NCBI GenBank assembly: GCA_964016885.1
Contig: OZ024752.1
Location: forward strand, 42,842,001-42,906,000
Direction of reading: 5' to 3'
DNA: 64,000 bases
Source: Eledone cirrhosa
Lineage: Eukaryota
Made by a program: the position numbers and the translations under genes. Positions 13,524 through 26,791 of this stretch are shown here, piece after piece (the stretch's first letter is position 1; each line of letters begins with the position of its first letter). A model generated the notes under the pieces. The model was given only the letters and a program-made list of their open reading frames with translations, had not been told where the DNA came from and made no database searches.

Positions 13524-13533
13524 AATAAATAAA
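13524..13533 (+). promoter_or_regulatory. candidate PICK1 polyadenylation signal
   Basis: overlapping AATAAATAAA followed by a GT/T-rich stretch near 13559-13580; other AATAAA sites exist, so this is not unique. Confidence 0.35.
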
Positions 13534-13624
13534 TGTTTAAAAAAAGAAATTTAAAAAATTTGTCCAAGTGTTTATTTTTCAAAGCCTGTGCAATCATCAT
13601 CAGCATCAATCACACACTTTGACT

Positions 13625-15400
13625 CTTTAACATTTACATTACTCTATATTTACTATTGTATTTTCACAGTAAAGGCTTTATCACACATAATACCTCACAT
13701 AACATTTACATTACTCTATATTTACTATTGTATTTTCACAGTAAAGGCTTTACCTTACATAATACCTCACATAACATTTACATTACTCTATATTTACTAT
13801 TGTATTTTCACAGTAAAGGCTTTACCTCACATAATACCTCACATAACATTTACATTACTCTATATATACTATTGTATTTTCACAGTAAAGGCTTTATCAC
13901 ACATAATACCTCACATAACATTTACATTACTCTATATTTACTATTGTATTTTCACAGTAAAGGCTTTACCTTACATAATACCTCACATAACATTTACATT
14001 ACTCTATATTTACTATTGTATTTTCACAGTAAAGGCTTTACCTCACATAATACCTCACATAACATTTACATTACTCTATATATACTATTGTATTTTCACA
14101 GTAAAGGCTTTATCACACATAATACCTCACATAACATTTACATTACTCTATATTTACTATTGTATTTTCACAGTAAAGGCTTTACCTTACATAATACCTC
14201 ACATAACATTTACATTACTCTATATTTACTATTGTATTTTCACAGTAAAGGCTTTACCTTACATAATACCTCACATAACATTTACATTACTCTATATTTA
14301 CTATTGTATTTTCACAGTAAAGGCTTTACCTCACATAATACCTCACATAACATTTACATTACTCTATATATACTATTGTATTTTCACAGTAAAGGCTTTA
14401 TCACACATAATTATCTCACATAACATTTACATTACTCTATATATACTATTTTATTTTCACAGTAAAGGCTTTACCTCACATAATACCTCACATAACATTT
14501 ACATTACTCTATATTTACTATTATATTTTCACAGTAAAGGCTTTATCACACATAATACCTCACATAACATTTACATTACTCTATATTTACTATTGTATTT
14601 TCACAGTAAAGGCTTTACCTTACATAATATCTCACATAACATTTACATTACTCTATATATACTATTGTATTTTCACAGTAAAGGCTTTATCACACATAAT
14701 TATCTCACATAACATTTACATTACTCTATATATACTATTTTATTTTCACAGTAAAGGCTTTACCTCACATAATACCTCACATAACATTTACATTACTCTA
14801 TATTTACTATTGTATTTTCACAGTAAAGGCTTTACCTTACATAATACCTCATATAACATTTACATTACTCTATATTTACTATTGTATTTTCACAGTAAAG
14901 GCTTTACCTTACATAATACCTCATATAACATTTACATTACTCTATATTTACTATTGTATTTTCACAGTAAAGGCTTTACCTTACATAATACCTCATATAA
15001 CATTTACATTACTCTATATTTACTATTATATTTTCACAGTAAAGGCTTTACCTTACATAATATCTCACATAACATTTACATTACTCTATATATACTATTT
15101 TATTTTCACAGTAAAGGCTTTACCTCACATAATACCTCACATAACATTTACATTACTCTATATTTACTATTGTATTTTCACAGTAAAGGCTTTACCTTAC
15201 ATAATACCTCATATAACATTTACATTACTCTATATTTACTATTGTATTTTCACAGTAAAGGCTTTACCTCACATAACATCTCACATAACATTTACATTAC
15301 TCTATATATACTATTGTATTGTCACAGTAAAGGCTTTATCACACATAATTATCTCACATAATATCGAATCTATGAGATTTTGATGATATTATTTTGAGAA
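13625..15400 (+). repeat. 72-bp minisatellite (~24 copies) expanded inside a piggyBac-type MITE
   Basis: 24-aa periodic pseudo-ORFs; array exits into MITE body aatatcgaatctatgagattttgat. Confidence 0.93.
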
Positions 15401-15419
15401 CAATACTTTGTCAGTATGA

Positions 15420-15930
15420 TACAGAACATCTGTTAAGTCTCTTGCATAGCACTTTGTCAATAGTCCACGTTTCACTGTCGTAAACAGGATGGATTCAAGA
15501 GTTGCTAGGAAGAGGCGCTCCTTGATTTTGCGGTTTAGGTTGGACTTCCACATCTTCAGTAGCTTATGGCATGCTGACCATGCTAGGATGTTACACGAGG
15601 ATGCTGGGAATGGCTCTCAACATTTCTTGGAAACAGAAGCTGACAAATAAAGAAATATACAGATCACTACCTTCAGTCTCAAAATAAGTTGCCTGCAGAC
15701 GCATGAAACTGGCTGGGCACTGCATCTGTCATCCAGAAGAGACAGCATCACAACTTGTGTTCTGGAAACCGGCAGTCGGACGAAGAAGCGTGGGAAGACA
15801 GGCCATCTCATTCATTGATACCCCGCCGAGAGATGCCAACATTGATAACATCGATGAACTGAGAAATGTGATGCTTGACCGGAACGATTGGAGAAAGTTA
15901 CTGAGAAATGTGGGGGTAAAAAGTGAACAG
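15420..15930 (+). mobile_element. RTE-clade LINE relic with inverted 5' segment
   Basis: minus part ...LESIL/YDSETWTIDKVLCKRLNRC; plus part GCYTRMLGMALNISW...MKLAGHC...DRNDWR. Confidence 0.8.
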
Positions 15931-16588
15931 AGACTATTTATAGTTATGTGCATTATGGCGACTATATTTTCAGATTTGTTAATGCTTCGTAAAGTGAAGC
16001 AAAACAATAATTTCGTTAGAGCCTAAATAAGTGTGAATTATCTATAAACACACGTTTTGGTCTGTTTTATCGGTGATGTAGTTAGTAGGTGTAATTAACA
16101 TGTAGTTAAAGTAAATAAACACTGTATATACGTAGTAGATCTTTCGGGCTTTTACGAAGTGCTGAAGGGACAAAGTTAAAATAAAGAGTGGTGTGCTTAT
16201 GCGTGAAGGTGTTATAAAATAGAATGAAGACCCTTAGAAAAAGTATTTAAAGTATTTTGTGTTGAAAATACGAAGTGAAGACAACATACCGTTTGAATAA
16301 AATTAATTCGTATAATATAATAAATGTAAATATATTAGATTATATTAATAAATGTTGGAATATATTTTATGTAATTTATATACAAGGATGATGGGGACGA
16401 ACAAAATAAATAAAATTCAATTGGAGCACCGAGCAGCCAAGATAACTTTGGGCGGAATCGAACCCATAAAAAAATAAAGGGAGGTAACTGTAATGGTGCA
16501 AAGATGTTATTAAGAATTTAGGAATTCATGTGAATCCAACAAATAAAAAAATACTTCAGAAAAAGATGAGGGGAAGAAAAAAAAAATT

Positions 16589-16884
16589 AGATTGGTGTTC
16601 AATTATATCGAACAGGCTGCTAATCGACAACTATTCACAGGCGCGATCCCACTACTGCTCAACACGGGGTCTTTTGCCTGCTGCGTTTCCGCCCTGGGCC
16701 GAAGCAACCCTCCTTAGTCAACCTGGTTCTAGTGAGCTCCCTCTCCAGCACCATATTGATGCCAAGCTTAGCGCGGACACCCGATCGCCATAGAAGACCG
16801 ACAACCAGTACCCCCATTCCCAAACCGGCCAACCAACCAAGCCTCCAAGTAGCTAGATTACAGGAGCACGCCACTACTCCCAGC
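16589..16884 (-). ncRNA. RN7SL: 7SL / SRP RNA gene, copy 1 (Pol III)
   Basis: Minus strand starts GCTGGGAGTAGTGGCGTGCTCCTGTAATCTAGCTACT (Alu domain) and contains GATCGGGTGTCCGCGCTAAG, GGCATCAATATGGTG, helix-8 GGCCCAGGGCGGAAACGCAGCAGG and AGTAGTGGGATCGCGCCTGTGAATAG, as in metazoan SRP RNA; T-run terminator at 16577-16586. Confidence 0.95.
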
Positions 16885-16922
16885 AATTTCAAATAGCAAA
16901 ATTTGGTTACTTAAACCTAACT
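16885..16922 (-). promoter_or_regulatory. conserved 7SL upstream element with TATA-like TTTAAGTA at -31..-24 (also upstream of copy 2, ~18257-18294)
   Basis: About 38 bp upstream are identical in both copies, then identity stops abruptly. Confidence 0.6.
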
Positions 16923-17421
16923 TCATGATATTAATTACATTAGAATGTTGATTTCTTTTTTAAAAACATACTTCATTTTTATATTGGAGCATTTTAATAA
17001 TAATTGAGAATTCTAAAACAATTTATTTACGACTTCGTTTTTATGTAAAATATTCTCGTTCTCGAAGCATGACGTCATCGTGGTGTGCTTATGCGTGACG
17101 TCATCGTGGTGTTTGAACGGATGTAAAGGGAGATAATCTATATTCCAATTCGTTATTCCTACTCCATTATTAAGTTAACTTTGCCTTTCATCCTTACCGA
17201 GTCGATAAAATAAAGTACCAGTAATGCACTGGATGATTGCTGGCCTTGTGCCAAAAGTAGAAACAATTATTAAAACATACATGAAATAATTTATTAATGC
17301 AATTTATGGGAACTCTCTCGTCGCTAGAGTTGTGCGTTTGCTGTAGACACCGCAAAGCACAACATGATTTAAAAAAAATCTGTTTGAATAAAATTGACTC
17401 GTAAGATATAATAAGCATAAC

Positions 17422-17795
17422 TATCATCATCATCATGGTCTATTAACCCTTTTCGGGCTCGTTAGGATACTGCACTTACTGCCTCCATCTCTGGCGATCA
17501 TGGACGAATCCATGGGTTGTGACAAAGTTCTTCCCCGTCCACTCAGCTATGTTTATCAACCGCTTCTGCTGACTGCCCCCACCCCCCACTGCTCACAGAG
17601 AGTCCGACCGATCTTGTCGCATGACCCATACCACTTCAACTTCCTCCTCTTCACCGTGGTCAGCGGATCTTCAAAATGACCCACGTACTAAGTGATTCTT
17701 TTGCCGACCTCCTTGTTCGTTACGTGTTCTATGCAGGGGATTCCTAGGATTCTACTTTGCATCTGAGTGACTGTTAGAACACTTCTTGTAAGGAC
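17422..17795 (-). mobile_element. RTE-clade LINE 3' fragment between the two 7SL genes
   Basis: EHVTNKEV...TTVKRRKLKWYG...DRQRWR and (ATG)n tail. Confidence 0.75.
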
Positions 17796-17960
17796 CGCTG
17801 GCGAAGATGACTTTGGGCGGAATCGAACCCGTAAAATAAAGGGAGGTAACTGCAATAGTGCAAAGAGAATGTTATAAAGAATTTAAGAATAAATGTAAAT
17901 TCAGCAAATAAAAAATACTTAAGGAAAAAGATGGAAAAAAAAAAGAAAAAACAAAAAAAG

Positions 17961-18256
17961 AGATTGGTGTTCAATTATATCGAACAGGCTGCTAATCGAC
18001 AACTATTCACAGGCGCGATCCCACTACTGCTCAACACGGGGTCTTTTGCCTGCTGCGTTTCCGCCCTGGGCCGAAGCAACCCTCCTTAGTCAACCTGGTT
18101 CTAGTGAGCTCCCTCTCCAGCACCATATTGATGCCAAGCTTAGCGCGGACACCCGATCGCCATAGAAGACCGACAACCAGTACCCCCATTCTCAAACCGG
18201 CCGACCAACCAAGCTTCCTAGTAGCTAGATTACAGGAGCACGCCACTACTCCCAGC
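17961..18256 (-). ncRNA. RN7SL: 7SL / SRP RNA gene, copy 2 (Pol III)
   Basis: Same 296 nt as copy 1, 1372 bp away, with 4 visible substitutions; T7 terminator at 17953-17959. Confidence 0.95.
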
Positions 18257-19607
18257 AATTTCAAATAGCAAAATTTGGTTACTTAAACCTAACTATATTA
18301 AATGTAAACTTAATTTATATTTAATTCTATTATTTCATGAAATATATTTATCCACGATATTAATTATACATATATGCATATACGATAATAATTAAGAAGT
18401 AACAATTGTGTTTTTGCAGATTTCGCTTTATAAATACAATAAATTACGTCTGCCAGTCGCCATTTTTGTTGAGGAAGGGGCGTAACTCCATCATCCACTT
18501 CAACAAATTTGAATCGGGTCAAGTTGAAAGCTTTCAATTGTTGTTAAGGACTAGATCAGCATTGATCAAACTGACATGTGATAAAGGCCGATTAGTGAGG
18601 ATGTCAGTTAAGGTGCTTACCAGGGACGGGATGGGCAGTCAACATTAAAAAAAAACAAGAAAAACCGCATTCCTTAAAATATACTATTTTTCAAATACAG
18701 TGGTTGGAAAGACGCTGTCTAATGATTTTCAAATGATTTTGAAAATTATTTAGAATTTTGATGAATTTAATTAATTTTCTCGTTACTAAGCTGATGTTTG
18801 GAACAGCTTAACAAAGTTTCTTACATAAAATTGTGAACGAAGGGTTTTAGATAAATCATCATCATCATCATCATCATCGTTTAACGTCCATCTTCCACGC
18901 TTGCATGGGTTTGGACGGGAGTTTTCCCACTTTAGGCAAGAGTGGTTGTCTTCCTCGCATAGGACTGTCTGGTGGGTTTTCTACGGCTGGATGCCCTTCC
19001 TAACACACACCAACCACGTTTACAGTGTGGACTGGGAGGTTTTTACCGTGTTACCTACACGGCCACATTACAGCGTGGACTGTGTGTTTTTTTGTCGTGA
19101 CACCTACACGACCTCATTTGTTTCGGACTGGATATTGTGATACCAACATAACTTTACATTGAAAGTGGTGGTGTGGATGGGGTGGGGGTAGTGGGACGGG
19201 GGTGTATTTTTGTTAGAGGTGCCTACTGACTATAAATATAAACACTTTAAAACAAACAGTTTTGTATCACAAAACCAGGGGCACTTTCAGATGGTTATAT
19301 ATCAAAAGAGTTGAGTAGTTTGTTTCACAATCGTTAGCTCCCATGTTTGGTCCTCCTGCATAGCGACCTCACCACTTTCACAGGCTACTAAGAGTTCTTT
19401 GCTTTGTAATGTTGTCTCACACATCAAAATGTTGCTACTTAGTTGCGTTGAACGTTACTTCACACATCAAAATATTGTTACTCAGTTGCTTTGAACGTTG
19501 CTTCACACAGTAGGATCTCAGGTAGGTTAGCTAAGAAAGTATGTTTTACATGTGGCTGTTGCACAGGAACAGTAAGCAGCAAACGCCCACAGGAAAAAAG
19601 CGCTATC

Positions 19608-22145
19608 AAAGTGGTCATGTAGGTATCACGACAAAAAGCATCCAGCTCACACTGTAAAGTGGTCATGTAGGTGCCATTGATAAAAAGCACCCAGCCCACA
19701 TTGTAAAGTGGTCATGAAGGTATCACGACAAAAAGTACCCAGCTCACACTGTAAAGTGGTCATGTAGGTGCCATTGATAAAAAGCACCCAGCTCACACTG
19801 TAAAGTGATCATGTAGGTATCACAACAAAAAGCACCCAGCTCACATTGTAAAGTGGTCATGTAGGTATCACGACAAAAAGCATCCAGCTCACACTGTAAA
19901 GTGGTCATGTAGGTGCCATTGATAAAAAGCACCCAGCTCACATTGTAAAGTGGTCATGAAGGTATCACGACAAAAAGCACCCAGCTCACACTGTAAAGTG
20001 GTCATGTAGGTGTCATGACAAAAAGCACCCAGCTCACATTGTAAAGTGGTCATGTAGGTATCACGACAAAAAGCATCCAGCTCACACTGTAAAGTGGTCA
20101 TGTAGGTGTCATGACAAAAAGCACCCAGCTCACATTGTAAAGTGGTCATGTAGGTATCACGACAAAAAGCATCCAGCTCACACTGTAAAGTGGTCATGTA
20201 GGTGTCATGACAAAAAGCACCCAGCTCACATTGTAAAGTGGTCATGTAGGTATCACGACAAAAAGCATCCAGCTCACACTGTAAAGTGGTCATGTAGGTG
20301 TCATGACAAAAAGCACCCAGCTCACATTGTAAAGTGGTCATGTAGGTATCACGACAAAAAGCATCCAGCTCACACTGTAAAGTGGTCATGTAGGTGTCAT
20401 GACAAAAAGCATCCAGCTCACACTGTAAAGTGGTCATGTAGGTATCACGACAAAAAGCACCCAGCTCACATTGTAAAGTGGTCATGTAGGTGTCATGACA
20501 AAAAGCACCCAGCCCACACTATAAAGTGGTCATGTAGGTATCACGACAAAAAGCATCCAGCTCACACTGTAAAGTGGTCATGTAGGTGTCATGACAAAAA
20601 GCACCCAGCTCACATTGTAAAGTGGTCATGTAGGTATCACGACAAAAAGCATCCAGCTCACACTGTAAAGTGGTCATGAAGGTATCACGACAAAAAGCAC
20701 CCAGCTCACATTGTAAAGTGGTCATGAAGGTATCACGACAAAAAGCACCCAGCTCACATTGTAAAGTGGTCATGTAGGTGTCATGACAAAAAGCACCCAG
20801 CTCACACTGTAAAGTGGTCATGTAGGTGTCATGACAAAAAGCACCCAGCTCACACTGTAAAGTGGTCATGTAGGTATCACGACAAAAAGCATCCAGCTCA
20901 CACTGTAAAGTGGTCATGTAGGTGTCATGACAAAAAGCACCCAGCTCACATTGTAAAGTGGTCATGTAGGTATCACGACAAAAAGCATCCAGCTCACACT
21001 GTAAAGTGGTCATGAAGGTATCACGACAAAAAGCACCCAGCTCACATTGTAAAGTGGTCATGAAGGTATCACGACAAAAAGCACCCAGCTCACATTGTAA
21101 AGTGGTCATGTAGGTGTCATGACAAAAAGCACCCAGCTCACACTGTAAAGTGGTCATGTAGGTGTCATGACAAAAAGCACCCAGCTCACACTGTAAAGTG
21201 GTCATGTAGGTATCACGACAAAAAGCATCCAGCTCACACTGTAAAGTGGTCATGTAGGTGTCATGACAAAAAGCACCCAGCTCACATTGTAAAGTGGTCA
21301 TGTAGGTATCACGACAAAAAGCATCCAGCTCACACTGTAAAGTGGTCATGTAGGTATCACGACAAAAAGCACCCAGCTCACACTGTAAAGTGGTCATGAA
21401 GGTATCACGACAAAAAGCACCCAGCTCACATTGTAAAGTGGTCATGAAGGTATCACGACAAAAAGCACCCAGCTCACATTGTAAAGTGGTCATGTAGGTG
21501 TCATGACAAAAAGCACCCAGCTCACACTGTAAAGTGGTCATGTAGGTGTCATGACAAAAAGCACCCAGCTCACACTGTAAAGTGGTCATGTAGGTATCAC
21601 GACAAAAAGCATCCAGCTCACACTGTAAAGTGGTCATGTAGGTGTCATGACAAAAAGCACCCAGCTCACATTGTAAAGTGGTCATGTAGGTATCACGACA
21701 AAAAGCATCCAGCTCACACTGTAAAGTGGTCATGTAGGTATCACGACAAAAAGCACCCAGCTCACACTGTAAAGTGGTCATGAAGGTATCACGACAAAAA
21801 GCACCCAGCTCACATTGTAAAGTGGTCATGAAGGTATCACGACAAAAAGCACCCAGCTCACATTGTAAAGTGGTCATGTAGGTGTCATGACAAAAAGCAC
21901 CCAGCTCACACTGTAAAGTGGTCATGTAGGTGTCACGACAAAAAGCACCCAGCCCACACTGTAAAGTGGTCATGTAGGTATCATGACAAAAAGCACCCAG
22001 CTCACACTGTAAAGTGGTCATGTAGGTATCACGACAAAAAGCATCCAGCTCACACTGTAAAGTGGTCATGTAGGTATCACGACAAAAAGCATCCAGCCCA
22101 CACTGTAAAGTGGTCATGTAGGTGTCATGACAAAAAGCACCCAGT
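19608..22145 (+). repeat. 48-bp SINE-derived minisatellite (~53 copies)
   Basis: unit aaagtggtcatgtaggtrtcaygacaaaaagcayccagctcacaytgt; 16-aa periodic pseudo-ORFs. Confidence 0.95.
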
Positions 22146-22251
22146 TCTGTATGAACAGGACATGATCATCTGACCTGCCTTATCTCCCAACAGGACAACT
22201 CATCTAACCCATATTAGCGTGGAAAAATGAAATGATGTTAAACGGTAATGA

Positions 22252-22302
<51 letters not shown>

Positions 22303-22488
22303 AGTAAGTAAGACCCGACGGCTGAGCTCAAGCCGTTTCGACGGCTAATTCTGTACTGAATTAGCCGTCGAAACGGCTTGAGCTCAGCCGTTGGGGTCTT
22401 ACTTACTCCTATTACCCACTCTACTACCCTAAGTATTGAGTACTTTGGTGCGTTACGGTCCACCTGGTTCCTTACCACTTTTCCTTCG

Positions 22489-22527
<39 letters not shown>

Positions 22528-22707
22528 CATATATACATATATGTATGCAAAAGGCAAATAAAAATAACAAAACAAACGACATGGTACAATGAAGAAATAT
22601 ATTAGTTTTATGTTTGATATAGTAGGCAGAGAGTCTTAACTTTTCGGATGCTAGTCCTTCATCAGAAAATAGGACTTTCATTACAGCCTGATATACACAT
22701 ACACATC

Positions 22708-22762
<55 letters not shown>

Positions 22763-22856
22763 CAATATAGAGAGGAAAAACACAGGAGAGTGTGTTTTCA
22801 TTTACAGGATTTTAAATTAGAGGATTATACGCGAATCCTTTAGTCTGTTATTTTAC

Positions 22857-22927
<71 letters not shown>

Positions 22928-23778
22928 ATAATAATAAATTTGAAGACTATACATATATATATACACATATATATACATACACACACACATATATGTATAT
23001 ATATGTATGTATGTATGTATGTATGAACATCTGGTTGGGAAAATTTGAAATGTAGCAGTCCCAATGCAGTTGATTATAATAATAGTTAATCACTGAAAAT
23101 AGGAGTTGAGAAAATCGAATAAAGTACTCCTGGAGACACTGTAATTTTACAAACTATTTGCCAATCACCTCATGTCAATTACACCTTTGTTTATATCAAT
23201 ATATATCTTTTCTGTTCACTTTACTGAATCCAATGAGGAAACTACACGACAGCATGGAATGAAAATAAGCAGGCGGAATATGTTTTAAATATACAATAAT
23301 ATTGGGGTTACACTTTTTATGGATGTAATTTATTACCAGAAGCAGCTCCCTTTGTCCTCTGGGACAAATAAGAAGACATATGAAATTAAAAGAAGCAGAA
23401 AGACATTCTAAATACACAATAATTTGGAGGTTAAAGAGAGAAGCACTGTTTATAAACAAAATTTAAAATCGGAAATAAAACTTTCTAGATCTCTCGACTC
23501 ACATGGTGTAAGCTTAAGTTGTTCTTTGAACAGAACTATCGGCAGTCGATTGACTTTCGTCAAATTGGACCCAGGAAACAATGTTTCCACTGGTCTTCCT
23601 AATTGCTAATACTATCTATCGGTTGCAACTCCAGGTAGAAGGAGCAACGTGAAATAAAGTATCTTGCCCAAGGACATAATGTACCACCTAGTCCATGAAT
23701 CGAACTCACAACCTCACGATTGTGAATTCAATTCTCTAACCACTCAGCCACACATCTTCATAGAACTATCTTGATCAC

Positions 23779-24069
23779 ATATATAACCTTAGCCATCAAA
23801 TGAGCCTGGTGCTAAACTCTTAGGACTGAGAAGGAGATCTGGGGAGATGGCAACCACCAAGATAGAGAAGGGAGAGCTTTATGAACTCGGCAGAGTATTC
23901 TCAGGGATGATCTCCAGAAAGCAGTACAATGAGTAGACATTCAATAATCTCTGCTCCCTTTTTTGCTTGTAAAAATCTTGCCCGCATTCATCATTATCCA
24001 GGATAGTTTAATAAGAGTCTTATCGATGGAGTCCCAACGCTCCTGGAACTTTTTGAATATTGGGATACA
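23779..24069 (-). pseudogene. decayed DNA-transposase fragment
   Basis: IPIFKKFQERWDSIDK...HP*EYSAEFIKLSLLYLGG...HQAHLMAKVIY, resembling recalled motifs PRDDY..LGG..HHARWMAKAIY. Confidence 0.55.
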
Positions 24070-24492
24070 GACTTTCTTTCAAGCAGCCGTTATGGTTTTC
24101 ATTTTCTTATTTTATATGAAAGATGAAAATCAAAATCAGTCAATTTTATTTTAACAAGCCTTTGGGTTCTTACATTTCTGAAACCCATTCAGACTATGAA
24201 AAAAAAAGAGAAGAAAATTATTTCATAACTTTATAACAACGGCTGGAAATTGCGAAAAACCAGGGTGTTTATCACTCCCTAATAAAACCAGGGTGTTTAC
24301 CACTCCCTAATAAAACCAGCACTAAACCAACAATGCAATGAACCTTGCATTAGAAACTTATTAGCTCATTATCTTGTTGAATTATCAAAACTATATCGAA
24401 AAGCTCACCTCATCGAAGTGATATCAAATACTTCTTTGAAGGAACAATAAAAACAAATTACTGATGTAAAATTATTTTTACATACTTAGTCC

Positions 24493-24799
24493 AAACCTTT
24501 AGTATTTACACTACTGTATATTTACTATTATATTTTCATGGTAAAGACTTTATCTCACATAATATCGAATCTATGACATTTTGATATTATTTATTTTGAG
24601 AACAATACCTTAACAGCAGTATGTGTGGCAAGTTACAGCCGGTTTGAACAGAAAGAAGTGAGATAATTCTGGCCGGATATGACCGGTTTTAATGCTAAAG
24701 GGTTAACGTCAGTATGAGTGGTCAGTTACAGCCAGTTTGAACAGAAAGAGGTGAAAGAATTCTGGGCGGATATGGCTGGTTTAAATGCTAAAGGGTTAA
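24493..24799 (+). mobile_element. unexpanded piggyBac-type MITE (~210 bp) plus duplicated right end; related copies at ~6253-6453, ~1103-1350, ~42345-42516
   Basis: cctttagtatttac...aatgctaaagggTTAA; body shared with the array-bearing copies. Confidence 0.8.
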
Positions 24800-25154
24800 C
24801 TTTATGGTTTATTTCTTTCTCATTTCAGATCCTATAAACAATAGAAATGTCCCATGTATGTACACAGTCGAAAATGGACAAAAGATGCAACTTGATTACA
24901 ATCAACAAGTGCCAAAGCACATTTTTTGTATATTTTTGCTATAGCATTAAAATCCCCCACTAAACTGTGCAACCCCTAAATATATTCATATCTCCTCATA
25001 TTTTTGTCTGTGTAGCTTTCATGTAAAATGGATTCAGGGCACAATTGACATGAGGTTGTTCCAACCCCTCCAAAAATTTCTCTATAAATATGAAACACCC
25101 TAATGATATATATATATATATATCTGTTATTTAAATAAATATATATATATATAC

Positions 25155-25241
<87 letters not shown>

Positions 25242-25254
25242 TACACACATATAT

Positions 25255-25327
<73 letters not shown>

Positions 25328-25332
25328 TACAC

Positions 25333-25367
<35 letters not shown>

Positions 25368-25368
25368 A

Positions 25369-25432
<64 letters not shown>

Positions 25433-25606
25433 TGATATATATATATATATGTCATGATATATATATATATATATCCTGATGATTTCTCCTGAATGAAACA
25501 GTTCTAGTCCTGTAGAAGTCATTTCTATATGAAATATTTATACTCTGCTATGTATTGAGTACCTTACTTACTCTGTTACCCCCGATTGAACCCAGAATAA
25601 ACATAC

Positions 25607-25684
<78 letters not shown>

Positions 25685-25691
<7 letters not shown>

Positions 25692-26045
25692 CAAGTCAGC
25701 CTGTGTCTGTCTGTCTGTCTGACTGTCTGAAGTACTAGGCCGATTTCAACCAAATTTGGCACACATGTTGCTTATATGCCAGAGCAGGTTTTGGACAAAA
25801 GCAAATTTGGGGCCGAAAAATCGATTTTGTGTGTGTGTCTGTCTGTGTACAAATACTAGGCTACTTTTAACTTTTGAAGTACTAGGCCGATTTCAACCAA
25901 ATTTGGCACACATGTTGCTTATATGCCAGAGCAGGTTTTGGACAAAAGCAAATTTGGGGCCGAAAAATTGATTTTGTGTGTGTGTCTGTCTGTGTACAAA
26001 TACTATGCTCCTTTTAACTTTTGAAGTACTAGGCCGATTTGGTAC
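25685..26045 (+). mobile_element. Helitron-like non-autonomous element with 147-bp internal tandem duplication
   Basis: (GTCT)n near the 5' end; agtactaggccgattt at 25731, 25878 and 26025; class is inferred. Confidence 0.45.
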
Positions 26046-26431
26046 GGGCTATTGAGGCGACCTCTCATTGGCTAGCCAATTAGCTGACATAAGCTGACAT
26101 GCACCCAGAAATTGCTAGCTAAGCCATAAACGACCTTGAACAATTCGCCCGATTGAAGGTCGCGATTTCTAATTGGTCTACGCAACTAACATTAGTCAAC
26201 CTGACTGAACATATATCGTGCATATTCCTGTGAGAAATACATTACTCACGTCAATTAACTCAAGCTACCCCATGAATTGTTTTTATGTTGCCGTTTATTT
26301 CACTCAATCATGTCACTGTACACCCATTTTGTTAAACTTTTTTTTACAATTATATTTCAATTCTTTGCTCAACCTTTGGCTCTCTTTATACGGACAAATA
26401 AGCTGTCATTCATTTCCCAAGCAATCTGGTA

Positions 26432-26474
<43 letters not shown>

Positions 26475-26551
26475 TTAATATAGAAATGGCTTCTACAGGA
26501 CTAAAACTGTTTCATTCAAAGGAAATCATATATATATCATTAGGGTGTTTC

Positions 26552-26624
<73 letters not shown>

Positions 26625-26628
26625 TACA

Positions 26629-26662
<34 letters not shown>

Positions 26663-26668
26663 CATATA

Positions 26669-26702
<34 letters not shown>

Positions 26703-26739
26703 TATATATGTATATATATACGTGTATATACATATATAT

Positions 26740-26791
<52 letters not shown>

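Noticed and set aside
13588-15361. Hydrophobic 24-aa repeat ORFs (also 30111-31058, 35352-35973)
   Set aside because: Translations of the MITE-derived 72-bp array
16530-18264. Duplicated 77-aa ORFs (MKLLGVVACS...) and an 87-aa antisense ORF
   Set aside because: They overlap the 7SL RNA genes
19889-22117. Cys/His-rich repeat protein (MTTLQCELGAFCHDTY)n
   Set aside because: Translation of a SINE-derived 48-bp minisatellite
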